The notes beneath the pieces are model-generated. The model was given only the letters and a program-made list of their open reading frames with translations, was not told where the DNA came from and made no database searches. From Eledone cirrhosa (lineage: Eukaryota), in contig OZ024741.1 of the NCBI GenBank assembly GCA_964016885.1, positions 227,168,001 through 227,232,000 on the forward strand: a stretch of DNA of 64,000 nt. The letters are read 5' to 3'. The translations under genes were made by a program, and so were the position numbers. Positions 13,459-27,175 of the stretch are shown one piece after another. Within the stretch, counting starts at the first letter, position 1. The number at the start of each line of letters is the position of its first letter.

Positions 13459-13650
13459 GGATTGGCAGTATCGGTAGAGGGTTGGACGCCATGCTTTGAC
13501 GCATAGAGTTGCGGCCCTTGCCATTCTGAGTTCAAATCCCGCCGATGTTAACTTTGCCTTTCATCCTTACGGGGTCGATAAAATAAAGTACCAGTAATGC
13601 ACTGGGTATTGCTGGCCTTGTGCCAAAAGTAGAAACAATTATTATCATTA
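13459..13650 (+). mobile_element. tRNA-derived SINE with Nin/Deu-like core
   Basis: A-box TGGCAGTATCGG, B-box GAGTTCAAATCC, core ttgcctttcatcc..ggggtcgataaaata.agtacc, (TTA)n tail; many copies in the window. Confidence 0.85.
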
Positions 13651-13679
13651 GTATTATTTTAATTGTGTCATTACAGCAT

Positions 13680-14010
13680 TACCAAGTACCAAGACCTCTG
13701 GTGTTATGCAGTAATACAGAAGACTCGAATTCCCACGGGTACAAGCTGAAGCATATAGACAATATGCCCCCATGCCCCTCCCACTGCAAAGTGGTCGTGG
13801 CGGTATCATGACAAAAAGTACCCAGTCCACACTGTAAAGTGGTCATGTCGGCGCCACGATAAAAAAGCACCCAGTACTCACTGTAAATGAGGTTGGTGTT
13901 AGGAAGGGCATCCAAAATCAGTATGGTCACCTGACCTGGCATTGCCAACAACGGGACAACCCGTCTAATCCATGCTAGCGTGGAGACATCAACGTAAAAC
14001 GGTGATGATG
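13680..14010 (+). mobile_element. RTE LINE 3' UTR fragment
   Basis: cactgtaaagtgg modules, ggtgttaggaagggcatcc and a (GAT)n tail, as in 39480-39845. Confidence 0.75.
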
Positions 14011-14019
14011 AGTTCTAGG

Positions 14020-14340
14020 CTCCCTGTGGATTGTTTCTGGTGTATTGAGACTACACTTTGTAATATATGTGCAGTGCCTAGTAGTGCTATTTTCTCTATC
14101 CTGTATATATTTCTAAGAGCTGGGGTTTCAGTTATGTATATGGCTGTTTCTCTTTTTTATCATTCCCAGGGCACCTATCATTATAGGGATTATTCCAGTT
14201 TTCATTATCCACATTCCAATTATTTTTATCTCCAGATCTTTATATTTGGATAATTTCTCCAAATCCTTGATATAGTCTCTGTGGGAATTGATACATCAAT
14301 TAGAAGGCATTGTATTTATTTGTAGTCTTTGACTATATTA
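14020..14340 (-). mobile_element. RLE-type (R4/Dong-like) LINE 3' fragment
   Basis: Minus strand CLLIDVSIP...KIALLGTAHILQ; a second related fragment lies at 15170-15570. Confidence 0.55.
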
Positions 14341-14350
14341 TTATTATTAT

Positions 14351-15150
14351 ATTGGCAGTATCAGTAGAGGGTCGGAAGCCATGCTTTGCACCATAGAGTT
14401 ATGACCCTTTACGGTCTGAGTTCAAATCCCGCTGAGGTTAACTTTGCCTTTCATCCTTACGGGGTAGATAAAATGAAGTACCAGTAATGTACTGGGATAA
14501 TTACTGGCCTTGTGCCTAAATCAGCAAGCATTATTATTATAGGTTAGATAATTGACAGAATCATTAGTGCATTGGATGAAATGCATTGCAGTATCTCGTT
14601 AACGCCCTCTATCTTCTGGTTTCAATTGCCATCAAGGTTAACTTTGCCTTTCATCGTTGTGAGGTCGGAAAATAAATTACCTGTAAAGTACTGGGGTCCA
14701 TATAATCAACTTCACTACCCAACCACCAAAACTGCTGTCCTCGTGCTGAATTTAGAAACCATTATTAGCAGTATCGGTAGAGGGTTGGACGCCATGCTTT
14801 CTAGCATAGTTACGTCCCTTTACAGTCTGAGTTCAAATCCCGCCGAGGTTAACTTTGCCTTTCATCCTGACGGGGTCGATAAAATAAAGTACCAGTAATG
14901 TATTGGGTAATTGCTGGCCTTGTGCCTAAAGTAGAAACAATTATTATTAGTAGTAGTAGGTGGATTGGCAGTATCGGTAGAGGGTCGGACGCTATGCTTT
15001 AAAGCAGAGTTACGGCCCTTGCCATTCTGAGTTCGAATCCCGCCGAGGTTAACTTTGCCTTTCATCCTTACGGGGTCGATAAAATAAAGTACCAGTAATC
15101 TACTGGGTAATTGCTGGCCTTGTGCCAAAAGTAGAAACAATTATTATTAG
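14351..15150 (+). mobile_element. Tandem cluster of Nin/Deu-core SINEs (14351-14540, older copy ~14545-14764, 14765-14948, 14961-15150)
   Basis: Repeated head, core and (TTA/TAG)n tail, all head-to-tail. Confidence 0.85.
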
Positions 15151-15169
15151 TAGTAGTTTTATCTTTATT

Positions 15170-15570
15170 GCATGTCCCCAATGCATTACTAAGCATAGCT
15201 CTGTGTACCTTGGGTGTGTACAGTATTGTTGTTTCTATTATATTGACTGTACTCTTCGTAATATGTGTATAATACCTAGTGCTATTTTCTGTATGTTACA
15301 GATTTGTCCTGAGGTTTAGGTTATGTATCTGTCTGTGTGTTTTTTTATCATTCCCAGAGTATCTATTATTATAGGGATTGATTCTATTGTCCTTGTCCAG
15401 TTATTCGTATCTCTAGAACTTTATATTTGGATAATCTCTCTATTTCTTTGATAGATTTATTGTTTGTAGGAATTAATTAATGCATCAATTGATAGGCATT
15501 TCTTCCCTTTGTGTTATTTTACTACAATATCTGGTCAGTTGGTTTTGATCTCTTTGTCTCTGTATTGGTA
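15170..15570 (-). mobile_element. RLE-type (R4/Dong-like) LINE fragment
   Basis: Minus strand PDIVVK..CLSID (PD..D endonuclease motif) and QKIALGIIHILRRV C-terminus. Confidence 0.55.
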
Positions 15571-16460
15571 TACTCCACAATATGGTTGCTTTGTCACTGG
15601 GATTGAACTGAGAACCACATGGTTGCAAAGTGATCTCTTTAACCACATACCCTTGCCTCTTCTTCAACACTCATTAGATGTTTCACCACTCGCCCCACTC
15701 CCACATTATCATCATCACCATGTCCATTTTCAACGCTAGCATGGGTTAGACGGGTTGTCCCATAAGAGGCATATTGGGTCCAGTGACCATATCCTGCTCA
15801 TACAGAACTATTTCAGGCTAGGCTTCTACAGCTGGATGCCCTTCCTAACACCAACCACATTTACAGTGTGTGCTGAGTGCTTTTTGTCTTGACACCTACA
15901 CAACCACCTTACAGTGTGGTTTGGGTGCTTTTTATTGTGACACTCACATGGCCACTTTACAGGGCTGGACGCATTTTGTTGTGATTCCAACATAACTATA
16001 TTCATACATATAGATGAAAGCAGACAGAATTCATGTATGCATGTTTATACAAAGAATATGATACAAAACATGATGCATACACAAACACCAACACCCACAT
16101 AAATATATATATATATATGCAAGCACAAACACAATTGAACACACAATCATTACTAATTATGAGAAAACACCACAAAAGAAAAGAAAAAAGAAGAGGAGTC
16201 ACCAACAAAACCATTTATAATCTGACTTTTAAATTTTCACCTCTTATACCGGACTTTGAAGACAATGTTAACAAATGCCAAAACAACAGAGTAAATTCTT
16301 CAACAGCTTCCACCTTATCATGAATGTGTGGCTGAGTTATTGTTGCCATGACAATACTGTGATATTGAGGCCACCTGATATTTAAAACTTCATAACATAA
16401 CAACTCCTCATAGGTTTATTTGAAATAGTCAAGGCTGCAGATGGTTGCAGATGTATCAGC

Positions 16461-16640
16461 TGTCAAGACTTGAGTGTTATCTCATATTGTCAAATGTTGA
16501 ATGCCATCTCATACTGTCAAAAGTTGAGAGTCATTTCATATTGTCAAAAGTTGAGTGTCATCTCATATTGTCAAGACTTGAGTGTTATCTCATATTCATA
16601 TTTAAGCATTGTCAGATGGTGTCAAGACTTGAGCGTGACT
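16461..16640. repeat. 27-bp minisatellite
   Basis: Five units of tgtcaagacttgagtgttatctcatat plus a partial unit. Confidence 0.9.
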
Positions 16641-18006
16641 AGTCACGAGTGTCATATGAGTCAGTTTGGTAACAGCTGAGAGTAGGGGAAAGGGGTTACC
16701 CATATCTGACCTGAGGTGATATGATGAGTGAGAGATACTCAACAGTAATCAAAAGGTTTGGTATCTTCTATCTTGTATATTTTACACTGTCTATGATGAA
16801 GACATCCAACACTTGCTGTACAAGTCAACCAAGATCTAAATACTGTATATACTGTAAAATGTGGTTGGTGTTAGGAAGGGCATCCAGCTGTAAAATACTC
16901 AGCCAAATTTACATTCCCCGTCATAAGCAAGGTGCAGCATGGCCAACTTTGCATATTAATTAAAACACATCATTAGTGCAATCCCATTAGAAATATTGCT
17001 GACAAAACAATTAAACCCCGTCAACTGCAACTGCTAGTACTGCAGTTAGATGTGTCTCTTTTGTTGAACTCACAACTAGAAAGCCATTTGCCTGCCCAAA
17101 TTAAAAGAATGCTTTGATCTGTTCAATGTTGACCAGGTTGTCAGAGAGAAAATATGATATTACTTGGACCAGTTTCTGTACATAAATGACAGAGCAAGAA
17201 ATAAGGAAAAAGTGCTGTGTTCAAGTGTATAAATCCATTTTTAGCTCTTTTAATACCAACCCACCTGAAATCGCCCTTGGTTTAATGGTACAGAATTGTA
17301 TGTTTTAAAGTGTTCATATTCATCGAAAAACCTTTTCATCATAATTTTATGTAAGAACCTTCATTAAAACACCTGCTTTATAATGATTTCTAATTTAAGC
17401 AAAAGGCTAGTAATTTTAGGGGGAAAAGCGAAAGTCGATTATATCAACCTCGGTGTTTGACATTATTTTATCAACTTCAGAAGTATAAAAGGCAAAGTTA
17501 ACCTCAGCAAGATTTGAACTCAAAATGTAAAGATACAGAGTACATATTGCTGTCTGAAGCTCTAATGACTGCCAATCCACAGTGCTCGCACAATCTTATT
17601 AATGAGAAAGTTAGTTATATTACTAAATCGTTCTAAATTCTTGAGCATTTTCAAAAAATTATTTGATAAGCATAGGCAGCCTCTTTCATTAGACGACATA
17701 CTGATTGAATAGACGAATAGAAGGTCATTTTGCAACCGCAAGTGTCTTCTACCATAACTAATGCTTTTTGAGAGAAACTTGGAAAAGGGGAAACTACACT
17801 GAATTGCATTGTGTGTATGGGTGAGTGTGTGTGTGAGAGAGAGATATATGCTTTTGCCACGATTTCCCCTTCTGTAAGGGTATTTTGCTTGTTTTTTTTA
17901 CAGATTTTTTAATAGTGATTCAGCTGTTATTTAAGTAATTTTCTGCGTTTGGAACACTCACATTTCCAAATTTCAAAAGTTCCAAATTTCAAAAGTTCAT
18001 GTTTAA

Positions 18007-20545
18007 CCCTTTAGCATTCGCATTAATTTTCAAATGTCATGCTTATCTGTTCGCATTTATTTTGAGTTTATCATACTCAAGAGGGTTATCAATTTTATTT
18101 GTTTGTAATTTTCTATGTGCAGACTTGAAATGTTGTCAGTAGATGTTAAAATATCAATAATTTACAATTGTATATTTTTACCGATTTTTTTTTGTTAAAT
18201 TTGACTTTTATGGCCAGGTGAAATTAATTAACAGGTGTAAAAGTAATGACTTTATGGATAAACACAAAAATTAAAACTTTATCTGACTTACCTGTTAGAT
18301 TTGTTATAAAGAATATCCAACAATGACCTAGATGTTGACTTCCAACAATTTTAGCACTTTTCCAAACAGGTGAATTAATTTAAAATGCAGGTATAATCAG
18401 TACACGGTTTTAGTCTGTCTCTACATTTCATGCAAATATTTTCATTGAAAAAATGTATAAAACTCTTTCACCAGTCAAAATAATATTGGCAATATACTCT
18501 TACACAATGTACTGAGTAGATTTATATAACAGAATGTGCCCAATATATAAGTTCATTAACAGGTGTGATGCAGGTGTGACACAGGTGAATGCAGGTGTTT
18601 TTGTATCTAATGTGTTCCAATATATTTTTTTTATATTTTTTTCAATATTGTCAGACAATATTTCTATCATGATATTGGCCAAAACAGCCTTTACATAATG
18701 GCACTTTGCAAAAAGAACGCATAAACGTGGTTTCAATTCCATAACCTTTAACAGTTTTTCTCTTTTGCAAAGAGCACATTCACCAAACCTTTTTCCTCCC
18801 ATTAATTTTCTCCACTTTGTGAAGATCAATATTTTCCGTGTTTACCTCAGATAATTTTGACTTCTCTCCCAGGTTTGTGTTTACGAGAAGAATATCCTCC
18901 ACGTAGCTGAGAGGCAACGTCTACACGAAATTTCATGTGGCAGTAGTCCTTTGGTGGTGGCGGATTCTTGTGGCTTGTAGTGAATACAATAAAAGAATTC
19001 ACAATGGTTAAATTCACTAAAAACCACAAGATATATCTTCACCATTTCTTCCCAGGGCGTCCAACTGGGTAGTAGGCGCAATATTGGTCGGATTTGTCAA
19101 CCCCACCCATATATTTATTATAGGAGAAGTTGACTAAAGGTTTACCTTCAGCCCCAACTCCTGGTTGTTGGTTAGACGATAGGAATAAAATGTTCCTCTT
19201 GTCTTTATACAATGTGGCTAACAAGTTCCCTTTTTGCACTTGGAGAATGTCACCTCTCTTTTAAATTTTGTGACTTTTATTTCTTGGGTAGCCCTTTGCG
19301 ATTCTCCATTATTGTACCGCAGGTGTATGTATTTACGAGGGCAAGATCCTCTGCTAGACGCACTGAAGAAAAAAAACGATCAAAATATATGTGTCTGTGT
19401 TGAGAGTGGAAGGGTTCAGTCAGAGACCACACAACATCGTACCCCAACCCATTTTTTCTCTCTCCGTTGTTTCTTTCCTCTGTAAACATCAAAGTTTACA
19501 CAGTAGCCTGTGTCCAATTCACAGAGTTCCCACACCTTGATGCCCCATTTAGTGGGTTTAGCGGGCATGTATTGTCTGAAACGTACCCTACCCTTATACC
19601 CAATCATAGCTTCATCAACACTAAGATTTTTCCCAGGTATATACACTGTTTTAAATTTTTCAGAGAGCATTTTAATTACTGGCCGAACTTTATACAGAGG
19701 GTCATAATTCAAATCATTTCTACCAGGGGCATTTGAAGTATCAACCATGTGTAAATATTGGTTTAATTTGATATACCTTGTTTTCGGCATAATACTCGAT
19801 ATATAAGGGTCGCTATCAGTGCTCCAGTAATTCCAGTCTTAGAAATTGTTTCATACCAAACAATGTTTATGGTAAAAAACGCTTGCATCTCCGCAGCATC
19901 TGTAGGTCACCATAACTGATCAGGTTTTCTTCGATATGAAATCTGCTGTTGGGCATATCGATTCGTCTCTTTTGCCACAACTTCGAAGAAAGTTTGTGGC
20001 AAAAACAAAAAGAAATAATCCAGTGCTTTAGCATTGAGAGGTAATGTATGCTGTGGACCAGTATTTTCAACAAAATCGGGAACATGTATTGGTGTGGTTT
20101 TTTTTCGACCATGTTGCTGAAATATCTTCAATAGCGTCCTGGAGATCTGCTTCGCTTTCACTTTCAAAACAATCATCGTCGGACGAAATTTCAAAACTAT
20201 AAACATCAGATTCATTTGATGATATATCACTAATATTACCTTTTGTTTCTTGTTCATACTGAATGTCGTCGTGTGTAAAACCTTTCAGAAGCCAAGTTGA
20301 TACAAAAAAAAAAATCTGTTCTACTTTCAAAGTTAAGAAAACGTGTTGTTTCAAGTTGTTTCACTATATTAAGTGTTAATTTTCGCGGTAAAGGCCTAAT
20401 CTCACAGTAATCTTTAATTGACGAGATTTTGATGATGGTTTGTTTATTTTTAGAACAATATTTTAGTGTAGGTGTTATCGGCTGGTTTCAGGCGGTTTGA
20501 ACAAATGAAGGGGAAATAATTTCGGGCGATTTGAACACTAAAGGG
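18007..20545 (-). mobile_element. piggyBac transposon, full span, transposase frameshifted (PGBD4-like)
   Basis: TTAA at 18003-18006 and 20546-20549; TIRs CCCTTTAG(C/T)(A/G)TTC. Minus-strand motifs LSVDEAMIGYKGR, QYMPAKPTKWGIK, HIYFDRFFSS, YNKYMGGVDKSDQ, an acidic N-terminus and a Cys-rich C-terminus. Confidence 0.93.
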
Positions 20546-20581
20546 TTAATGTGTGTGTGTGTGCGCATGTGTGTATCATAA

Positions 20582-21917
20582 TCTATAAAGCTCAGTGTAT
20601 GGTCACATTTCTTTGTTATAGAAATCTACAATATAGAATTTCTTCAATTGAAATTTACAATTCAGTATTCGAAATAGCTTCGATTGGGTCATGGCACATA
20701 TATTTTTTTTCAATTTCACCCACAATTACGCAAAAAATTGATAAAACTCAATATTTTACGATTTCCATCTCTCATTTCAACTGCTAAACTCTTTCCATTA
20801 CCCTTCAAAATCTATACAACTTCATACTTTCTGCTACTTTCTCTTTCCAAGCTGAAACAACTATTCTTTTCATTTTACATTGTTCATGTTGATGGTGATA
20901 CTGTCCGTTTTACTCTCTCACTCATACACTTTACAGACTAAACAACAAAAACATTAGCCACATTAACGTACAATTTCGTTTATTCAAAATGTGAGTCTTC
21001 AAACTGATTTATTTATTTGCAAACACATACAAACACACACTCACATCAAATGAATAATTAAACTTTAAATCAATTTAACCACGTGCCGGATTTTTAACCA
21101 CACATACACACTTCATTAACAAATAAAAATTCTAATTTGCAACAATTATTTTCTTTCAATCGTAAAAATCAAACGACATAATTATTTTCATTTTCGGTTG
21201 TTAATCTTCATGGCGATAATACTACCCTTCCATTTCACATCATGTGAGTTAACAAATAATTTTTTAAAACACTATTCGCAGACTTCCTTAAACAACAAGA
21301 TCAATTGCGTAGCCGGTATTCATTATGTAGCCGGTAAAGCTATGTAGCAGGTAAAAGGCTATGTAGTCAGTACGATGTTATATAGCATGAAAAGTTTATA
21401 TAACCGGTAAATGTTATGTCGCCGTTAGCATATGTGTGTGTGTGTATTACCGTCACTACACACGTGTGTGTGTGCATCTTTCAATGTAGTTTTCGTTCAC
21501 AATGACGAGAGTACAATCGCGCCAGAAACAATTCAATTTCTCATTCTTAACTGCTAGGGACGTTCACAGGTTCATTAAGTACTTTCAGTAAGGAATAAAA
21601 AAAATTAGGGATTGAACCCAAAACCACGACATAAACAGGCACCAACAAACGTTTTCTTTGTCCTGTCAAAAAGTGATTGATCCTATCCCTTTCACCTACA
21701 ACCTCAGTTAGGTCAGGCAAAAGTCAAATAGACAGGGGATCACCTATGTAAGTACAAACCCTGCTGCGGTATGTCTATTTTTCTAGCTGCAACCAGATTA
21801 TATATACCGTAGTTAACAGAGACCATGACACACCAGGCCTGCAAACCGAACGTGATGGAATATTCATTATAATACATCAGTTCCTCAGCCCCGAGCAACG
21901 CTGGGCACTTCTGCTAG
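20582..21917 (+). mobile_element. Non-autonomous Helitron-like element
   Basis: A|TC 5' end (tctataaagct); 3' hairpin cccgagcaacgctggg followed by CTAG|T; internal tagccggta minisatellite at ~21310-21430. Confidence 0.6.
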
Positions 21918-22567
21918 TATATATATATATAAAACTGCCACTTCTTTACAGAACAGTGTGATCACTACAAATCACTCAAGAGACCACCGAAGCATGTTGC
22001 TGTTCAGGTTAACAGTGCAACAATGTTATAAGTCCCAAGCCATCCATGTGCAGATTTGTGACTATGTACTTCTAATCGGTCGAGTCTGCACACATTGCTC
22101 CTCCCCATCACCATGGGACTTGTCAAGAAATATCTGCACACGCCCTCCCCCCTCTCCCTTCTGTGAAGCAGTTGGTGATGGGAAGGGCATTCAGCCATGG
22201 AGGGCTAAACAAGGGGTTGGGAGGACCCTTCAGTCAAGTCAAGGACATGACAACCTCCCTAGTGTTTGGTGATCTACACAATAAATACACCCAGTACACA
22301 GTGTAATGTGGTTGGTGATAGGAAGGGCATCCAGCCTTAGAAATCTTGCCAAACAGAAGAGCCGGGAGGACCCTCAGTTGTGTCAAGGACATGACAACAG
22401 CTCATTGTTTGACCAGTGGAATAAAGTACCCTTTTCAAAAAAAAAGTAAAAAAGGAAGGTCATCCAGCTGTACACATCTTCCTTAAGAAATCTTATCCAA
22501 CTCATGCCTACAAAAAAAGGGGAGCATAAAAATGCTAATGATGGTGATGATGTATGTATATATATAT

Positions 22568-22973
22568 ATGACACACGACCGTGACCTCTGGTGTCGCGCA
22601 GTAATACATGACACACAACCGTGACCTCTGGCGTCACGCAGTAATACAGAGTACCCGACCTCCCGTGGGTACAAGCTGAAGCATATAGACAATATGCCCC
22701 CACCGCAAGGTGGTCGTGGAGGTGCCACGGCAAAAAAGCACCCAGCCCACACTGTAAAGTGGACGTGTAGGCGCCACGAAAAAGCACCCAGCACTCACTG
22801 TAAATGAGGTTGGTGTTAGGAAGGGCATCCAGCTGTAGAAATCAAGCCAAATCAGTTCCTGTATGAGCAAGGCATGGTCAGCCGACCAGACACTGCCCAC
22901 AACAGGACAACCCGTCTAACCCATGTTAGCGTGGAAGAACGGACGTAAAACGGTAATGATGATGATGATGATG
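22568..22973 (+). mobile_element. RTE LINE subfamily 1, 3' fragment
   Basis: Near-identical to 39475-39845, with a 39-bp duplication at its 5' end; preceded by (TA)n. Confidence 0.9.
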
Positions 22974-23206
22974 TAGGTAAAAGGCTCTTAATTCTTGATG
23001 GATTCATCAGGACACCATCATAACTCATGATGTGTTGAGCATTTATTTGACAACCCCGAAAGAATAAAATGCAATGCTGACCCTGAAGGGATTTGAAGTC
23101 AGAGCGCAGTGAGGTGAAACAAATACTGAGGCATTTTTAATCCAATGACCGAACAACTTTGCGGCATTGTATATACTCTTTTACCTGTTCCAGCCAACAA
23201 GCTGAG

Positions 23207-23262
<56 letters not shown>

Positions 23263-23265
<3 letters not shown>

Positions 23266-23690
23266 GTCACTGGACCGAGACCTTTGGCGGTACTCAGTAA
23301 CAGAGAAGACCCGCCTTGCCAGTAGGCATCTCTAACAAAATACACCCCGTCCCATCACCCCCACCCCATCCACACCACCCCGTCCTATGTAAAGTTATGT
23401 TGGTGCCGCGCCATCCGGGCCGAAACAAATGAGATCGTGTAGGTGTCACGACAAAAAAACACACAGTCCATGCTGTAATGTGGCCGTGTAGGCAACACGG
23501 TAAAAACCTCCCAGCCCCACACTGTAAATGTGGTTGGTGTTAGGAAGGGCATCCAACTGTAGAAAACCTGCCAGACAGTCCTATGCGAGCAAGACAATCA
23601 CTCTTGCCTCAAGTGGGACTACCCCCGTCCAAACCCATGCAAGCGTGGAACACGGACGTTAAACGTTGATGATGATGATGATGATGATGA
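23263..23690 (+). mobile_element. RTE LINE subfamily 2, 3' fragment
   Basis: Near-identical to 41881-42337; flanked by (TA)n on both sides. Confidence 0.9.
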
Positions 23691-24175
23691 TATATATATA
23701 ATACAGAAGACCTGCCTTTCCACAAATATAGACTGAAGCATACATATAGTATTCAACCCCTCTCCATGGGCACAGGCTGAAGCATATATCTGGTTAACAC
23801 CACCTTCACCTTCATCCCCCCTCCAACACACCTCCCACGTGCCTACATACCTACCTCCTAATCCCCACACAACCTTCCCACCAAAAAGTGGCCAACACAC
23901 ACTTTAAAGTGGTCATAATGGCGACATGACAAAAAGCGGCTAGCCTACACGATAAGGAGGTCATGTAAGTGTCATGACAAAAAGTGCCCAACCCATACTG
24001 TAAATGTGGTTGGTGTTAAGAAGGGAATCCAGGCGTAGAAACAAAGCCAAAATCGGTTCTGTATGAGCAAGACATGGTCATCTGACATTAACTTGCCTCA
24101 AATAGGACAACCTGTCTAACCCATGCTAGCATGAAAATGGACATTAAATGGTGATAATAATCATGCTGATATACA

Positions 24176-24341
24176 CCGTATTTCCTGGCGTCGAAGACGC
24201 TAGTTTTCTCCTATATAAAGTCTCAATAATCTACCTTGCGCCCTGGAGGCCAAAGGTTGTTTATTTTTTTTTCAAATTTTTGGTTGTCAAAATTAGGGTG
24301 CGCCCTCAAGGACGAAGTGTCTTTGGTGCTGAGAAATACGG
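24176..24341. mobile_element. MITE with CCGTATTT TIRs (Tc1/mariner-pogo/Tc2-like)
   Basis: ccgtatttc ... gaaatacgg followed by TA. Confidence 0.6.
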
Positions 24342-25418
24342 TATATACTAGAACTTTTTTTCAACATGCTGACGTGTATGTACATATGCATACATTTATA
24401 TGTGTGAGTATATAAATATAAACTCGCAAATACACATACATTCACACTACCACACACACACAGCATAGCAAATGGAACGCCAGTCGCTGTTTTGCTAGTT
24501 TTTTCACCATCCTTCCTTTGTGTGAAGTCACTCAAATTTATATGTATGTATATATATATATATATATATATGCATATATTGGCACAAAAATTACTGATAG
24601 ACTGGTGTATTGAATAAAATACCATGTAATTATTCCACCCTAGTTACACTGTCTCTTTCTTGTTATGTGAAATGCAGAGAACCAATGATGTACCAGTCTT
24701 ATAACCAACAATGATATTATTCTTATTCTTCTACTTATTCTTCTATCCGCTGTTAAGCCAAAGCCATGCTGGAGCACCGCCTTTTTCAAATGTATTATAT
24801 AAAAACAAAATTACAATTATCTAGTTTTTCTTCTCTGCCCAAGTATATCTACTTCATCTTTACAACACAACACACAAATATACTTTGTTATTCTTCAAGC
24901 CAATGTAAGTGATTATTCTAATAATTTAGTACAAACTTGCCTTTGAGTATTAAATGGGTACTTATATCTTCAATTCTTTTTTATTTTTTTAAAACCATTT
25001 CATGCAATACAGCATGCCAGTCCACCCAAGCCAATTGCCCTGTGTGAAACTGGTTTAGAATAGCTAAACCATATCTCTGCATGTTAAGCTGTGACTAAAA
25101 GAGTGGGTGCCAGGAAGAGCATCTGGCTGTAAAGCATTGCCTCATAAAGGACCCTAAAATGAATGAGTATGAAGATTATTATGGAGCACACAAGGACAGT
25201 TTCTCTGCTGAACCTGTCAGTAAAGGTAGCCAAATATTCCCCAGATCACACTATAAAGTCTTAAAAAAGAAAGGACATATGGGATATTATAGTCCTAAAT
25301 ACACTTGCAAGAGGGAGGGAAAAACCATGGTCACAGCAAGATTACCTTTGATCGCAGGTCTTCTCAAACAGGGCCAACATAGGACGAAAGAACAACAATA
25401 AATAAACAAATTACTTAC

Positions 25419-25631
25419 AATCCTTTTCCTGATGTATTTTCTCCATTACTTGTTTCAAGTCTTTTTCCATTTGTTCCTTTTTGTAAATGAGGTCGTTAGC
25501 CTCAGACTTCACTTCACGATAAACAGCCTTCAGTTTCTGCAAGTTGCTGTTCCGCTCCTCAAGAACATGATACTTTTTCTGGGACTCTTCCTGCCTCTTC
25601 TCCAGAACATGACTTATCTCTTGGTATTTTT
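25419..25631 (-). CDS. SPC25: Spc25 coiled-coil coding exon
   Basis: ttcttattcag| ... |gtaagt, 213 nt, phase 1 to phase 1. Reads (E)KYQEISHVLEKRQEESQKKYHVLEERNSNLQKLKAVYREVKSEANDLIYKKEQMEKDLKQVMEKIHQEKD, a heptad-rich coiled coil in frame with both neighbouring exons. Confidence 0.8.
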
Positions 25632-25759
25632 CTGAATAAGAAACAAACAAATTACCAATACAACATAAACAAACAAAAAATATAAGAAAAAGAAAAGAAA
25701 ACCTAAGCAAAAATTCTATGACTGGATATCCTTCAGTATCGTAAGAGATTCACCAACAT

Positions 25760-25972
25760 AACAGTGTTTTGGAGGCAAATGAAAGATAACAGTTGCATAG
25801 AGAAATGCAGAGAAATCTCAGTTGCTGGAACCCTTGGAAAAGGCAAACCCAGGAAGACTTGGGATGAAGTAGTGAAGAGTGACCTTAAGAAACTAAGCCT
25901 CACAACTGAGATGACAAACGATCAAGAGGGCTGGCGCTATGCTGTGATGATGAAAGCTCGGCCACAAGCATA
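25760..25972 (+). mobile_element. RTE ORF C-terminal fragment
   Basis: GKGKPRKTWDEVVKSDL...W, homologous to the RTE ORF end. Confidence 0.75.
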
Positions 25973-26809
25973 AACACACACACAATTGGATTTCAGAGTA
26001 CCAATCTACCAAATTCACTCAAGGTATTGGTTAGGCTGAGACTATAGCAAAAGACACATGCTCAAAGTGCCATGTAGCAGGACTGAAACCATAACTACAT
26101 GCTTTAGAAGCAAATTTTTAAACTATACAGCCATGACTGCATGTTGGAAAACTAAGGTGAGACAGTCATGGGTGGAATGTGTTTAACCATAAGTCAACTT
26201 GATCAGGGCTGACCTGGGGTTAAGCAGCAACTGGGAATTCATTGCTTATCTATAAGAAATTGTTACATAAATATACATGACAACATTTTGAGAGGAGTAT
26301 ATGGAATGAAACATTTCAGATATATTGATTGAGAAACAATCAAGACTTGATATTGGATTATTGATCTTTATTGTATTAAGCCCCCACTCTCTGGATGTAT
26401 GCTTTAACATTAAATCCTAGTTGGTAGATACAAAAATAATAAATGGCAAAGTTGATGCCATAATGAATTTAATCTGAAATTTGGTAGATGCAAATTACAG
26501 AAGTTTGTCATGTGGAGGATGCACAAGGGGTAGAGAGAGTAGCTATTAGGGTGCAATGAGGATATCTGACCTGGCTTGTTTCACAACAGGATAACTCGTC
26601 TAACCCATGCTAGCATGGAAAAAAATGGACGTTAAACAGGATGATTATGATGATGATATATATATAGTTCAGGGAGCTGCTAGCTACAAAAAGTTTTTTC
26701 CTCAAAACAAAAGGCAGATTGCATGAAGCTTGTGTACAAACAGCAATGTTGTATGGAAGTGAGACCTGGGCAATATCTGCAGAGGACCCATGAAGATTAC
26801 ATGCTCCAA

Positions 26810-27175
26810 TGACCTGTCCCTCCTCATAGTGGTGCCATCCAGTTCCACACTGTAAATGTGACTGCGGCTCCCAAATCCCAAACTGTGGTTCCACTGTAAG
26901 AAGGGTTCAACACGGCCAACTAGCTTATCCCTCCTCACCAATGTCATCCAGTCCTATAATGTAAATGTAGCTGTGGCTCCCTGTGAAAAGAGCTCGGCAC
27001 AGAAAACTGGTCTGTCCTTCTTCATAACGGCACCATCCAGTTTCACACTGTAAATGTGGTTGTGGCTCCCAAATTATGGTTCCACTGTGAGAAGAGTTCG
27101 GTGTGGCCAACTGGCTTGTCCCTCCACATAGTGGTGCTATCCAGTTCCAGGCTCCCAAACTGTGGTTCCGCTGTG
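26810..27175. repeat. Diverged ~85-110 bp tandem repeat following an RTE fragment (26667-26810)
   Basis: About 3.5 units containing catccagttccacactgtaaatgtg...ggctccc. Confidence 0.7.

Noticed and set aside
16241-16375. AG...GT-bounded minus-strand segment with one open frame
   Set aside because: No SPC25 similarity; in the phase required by the flanking exons it has a stop; no other support.
21200-21250. ATG...gtgagt as a plus-strand first exon
   Set aside because: Lies inside a Helitron-like element, with no downstream exon identified.
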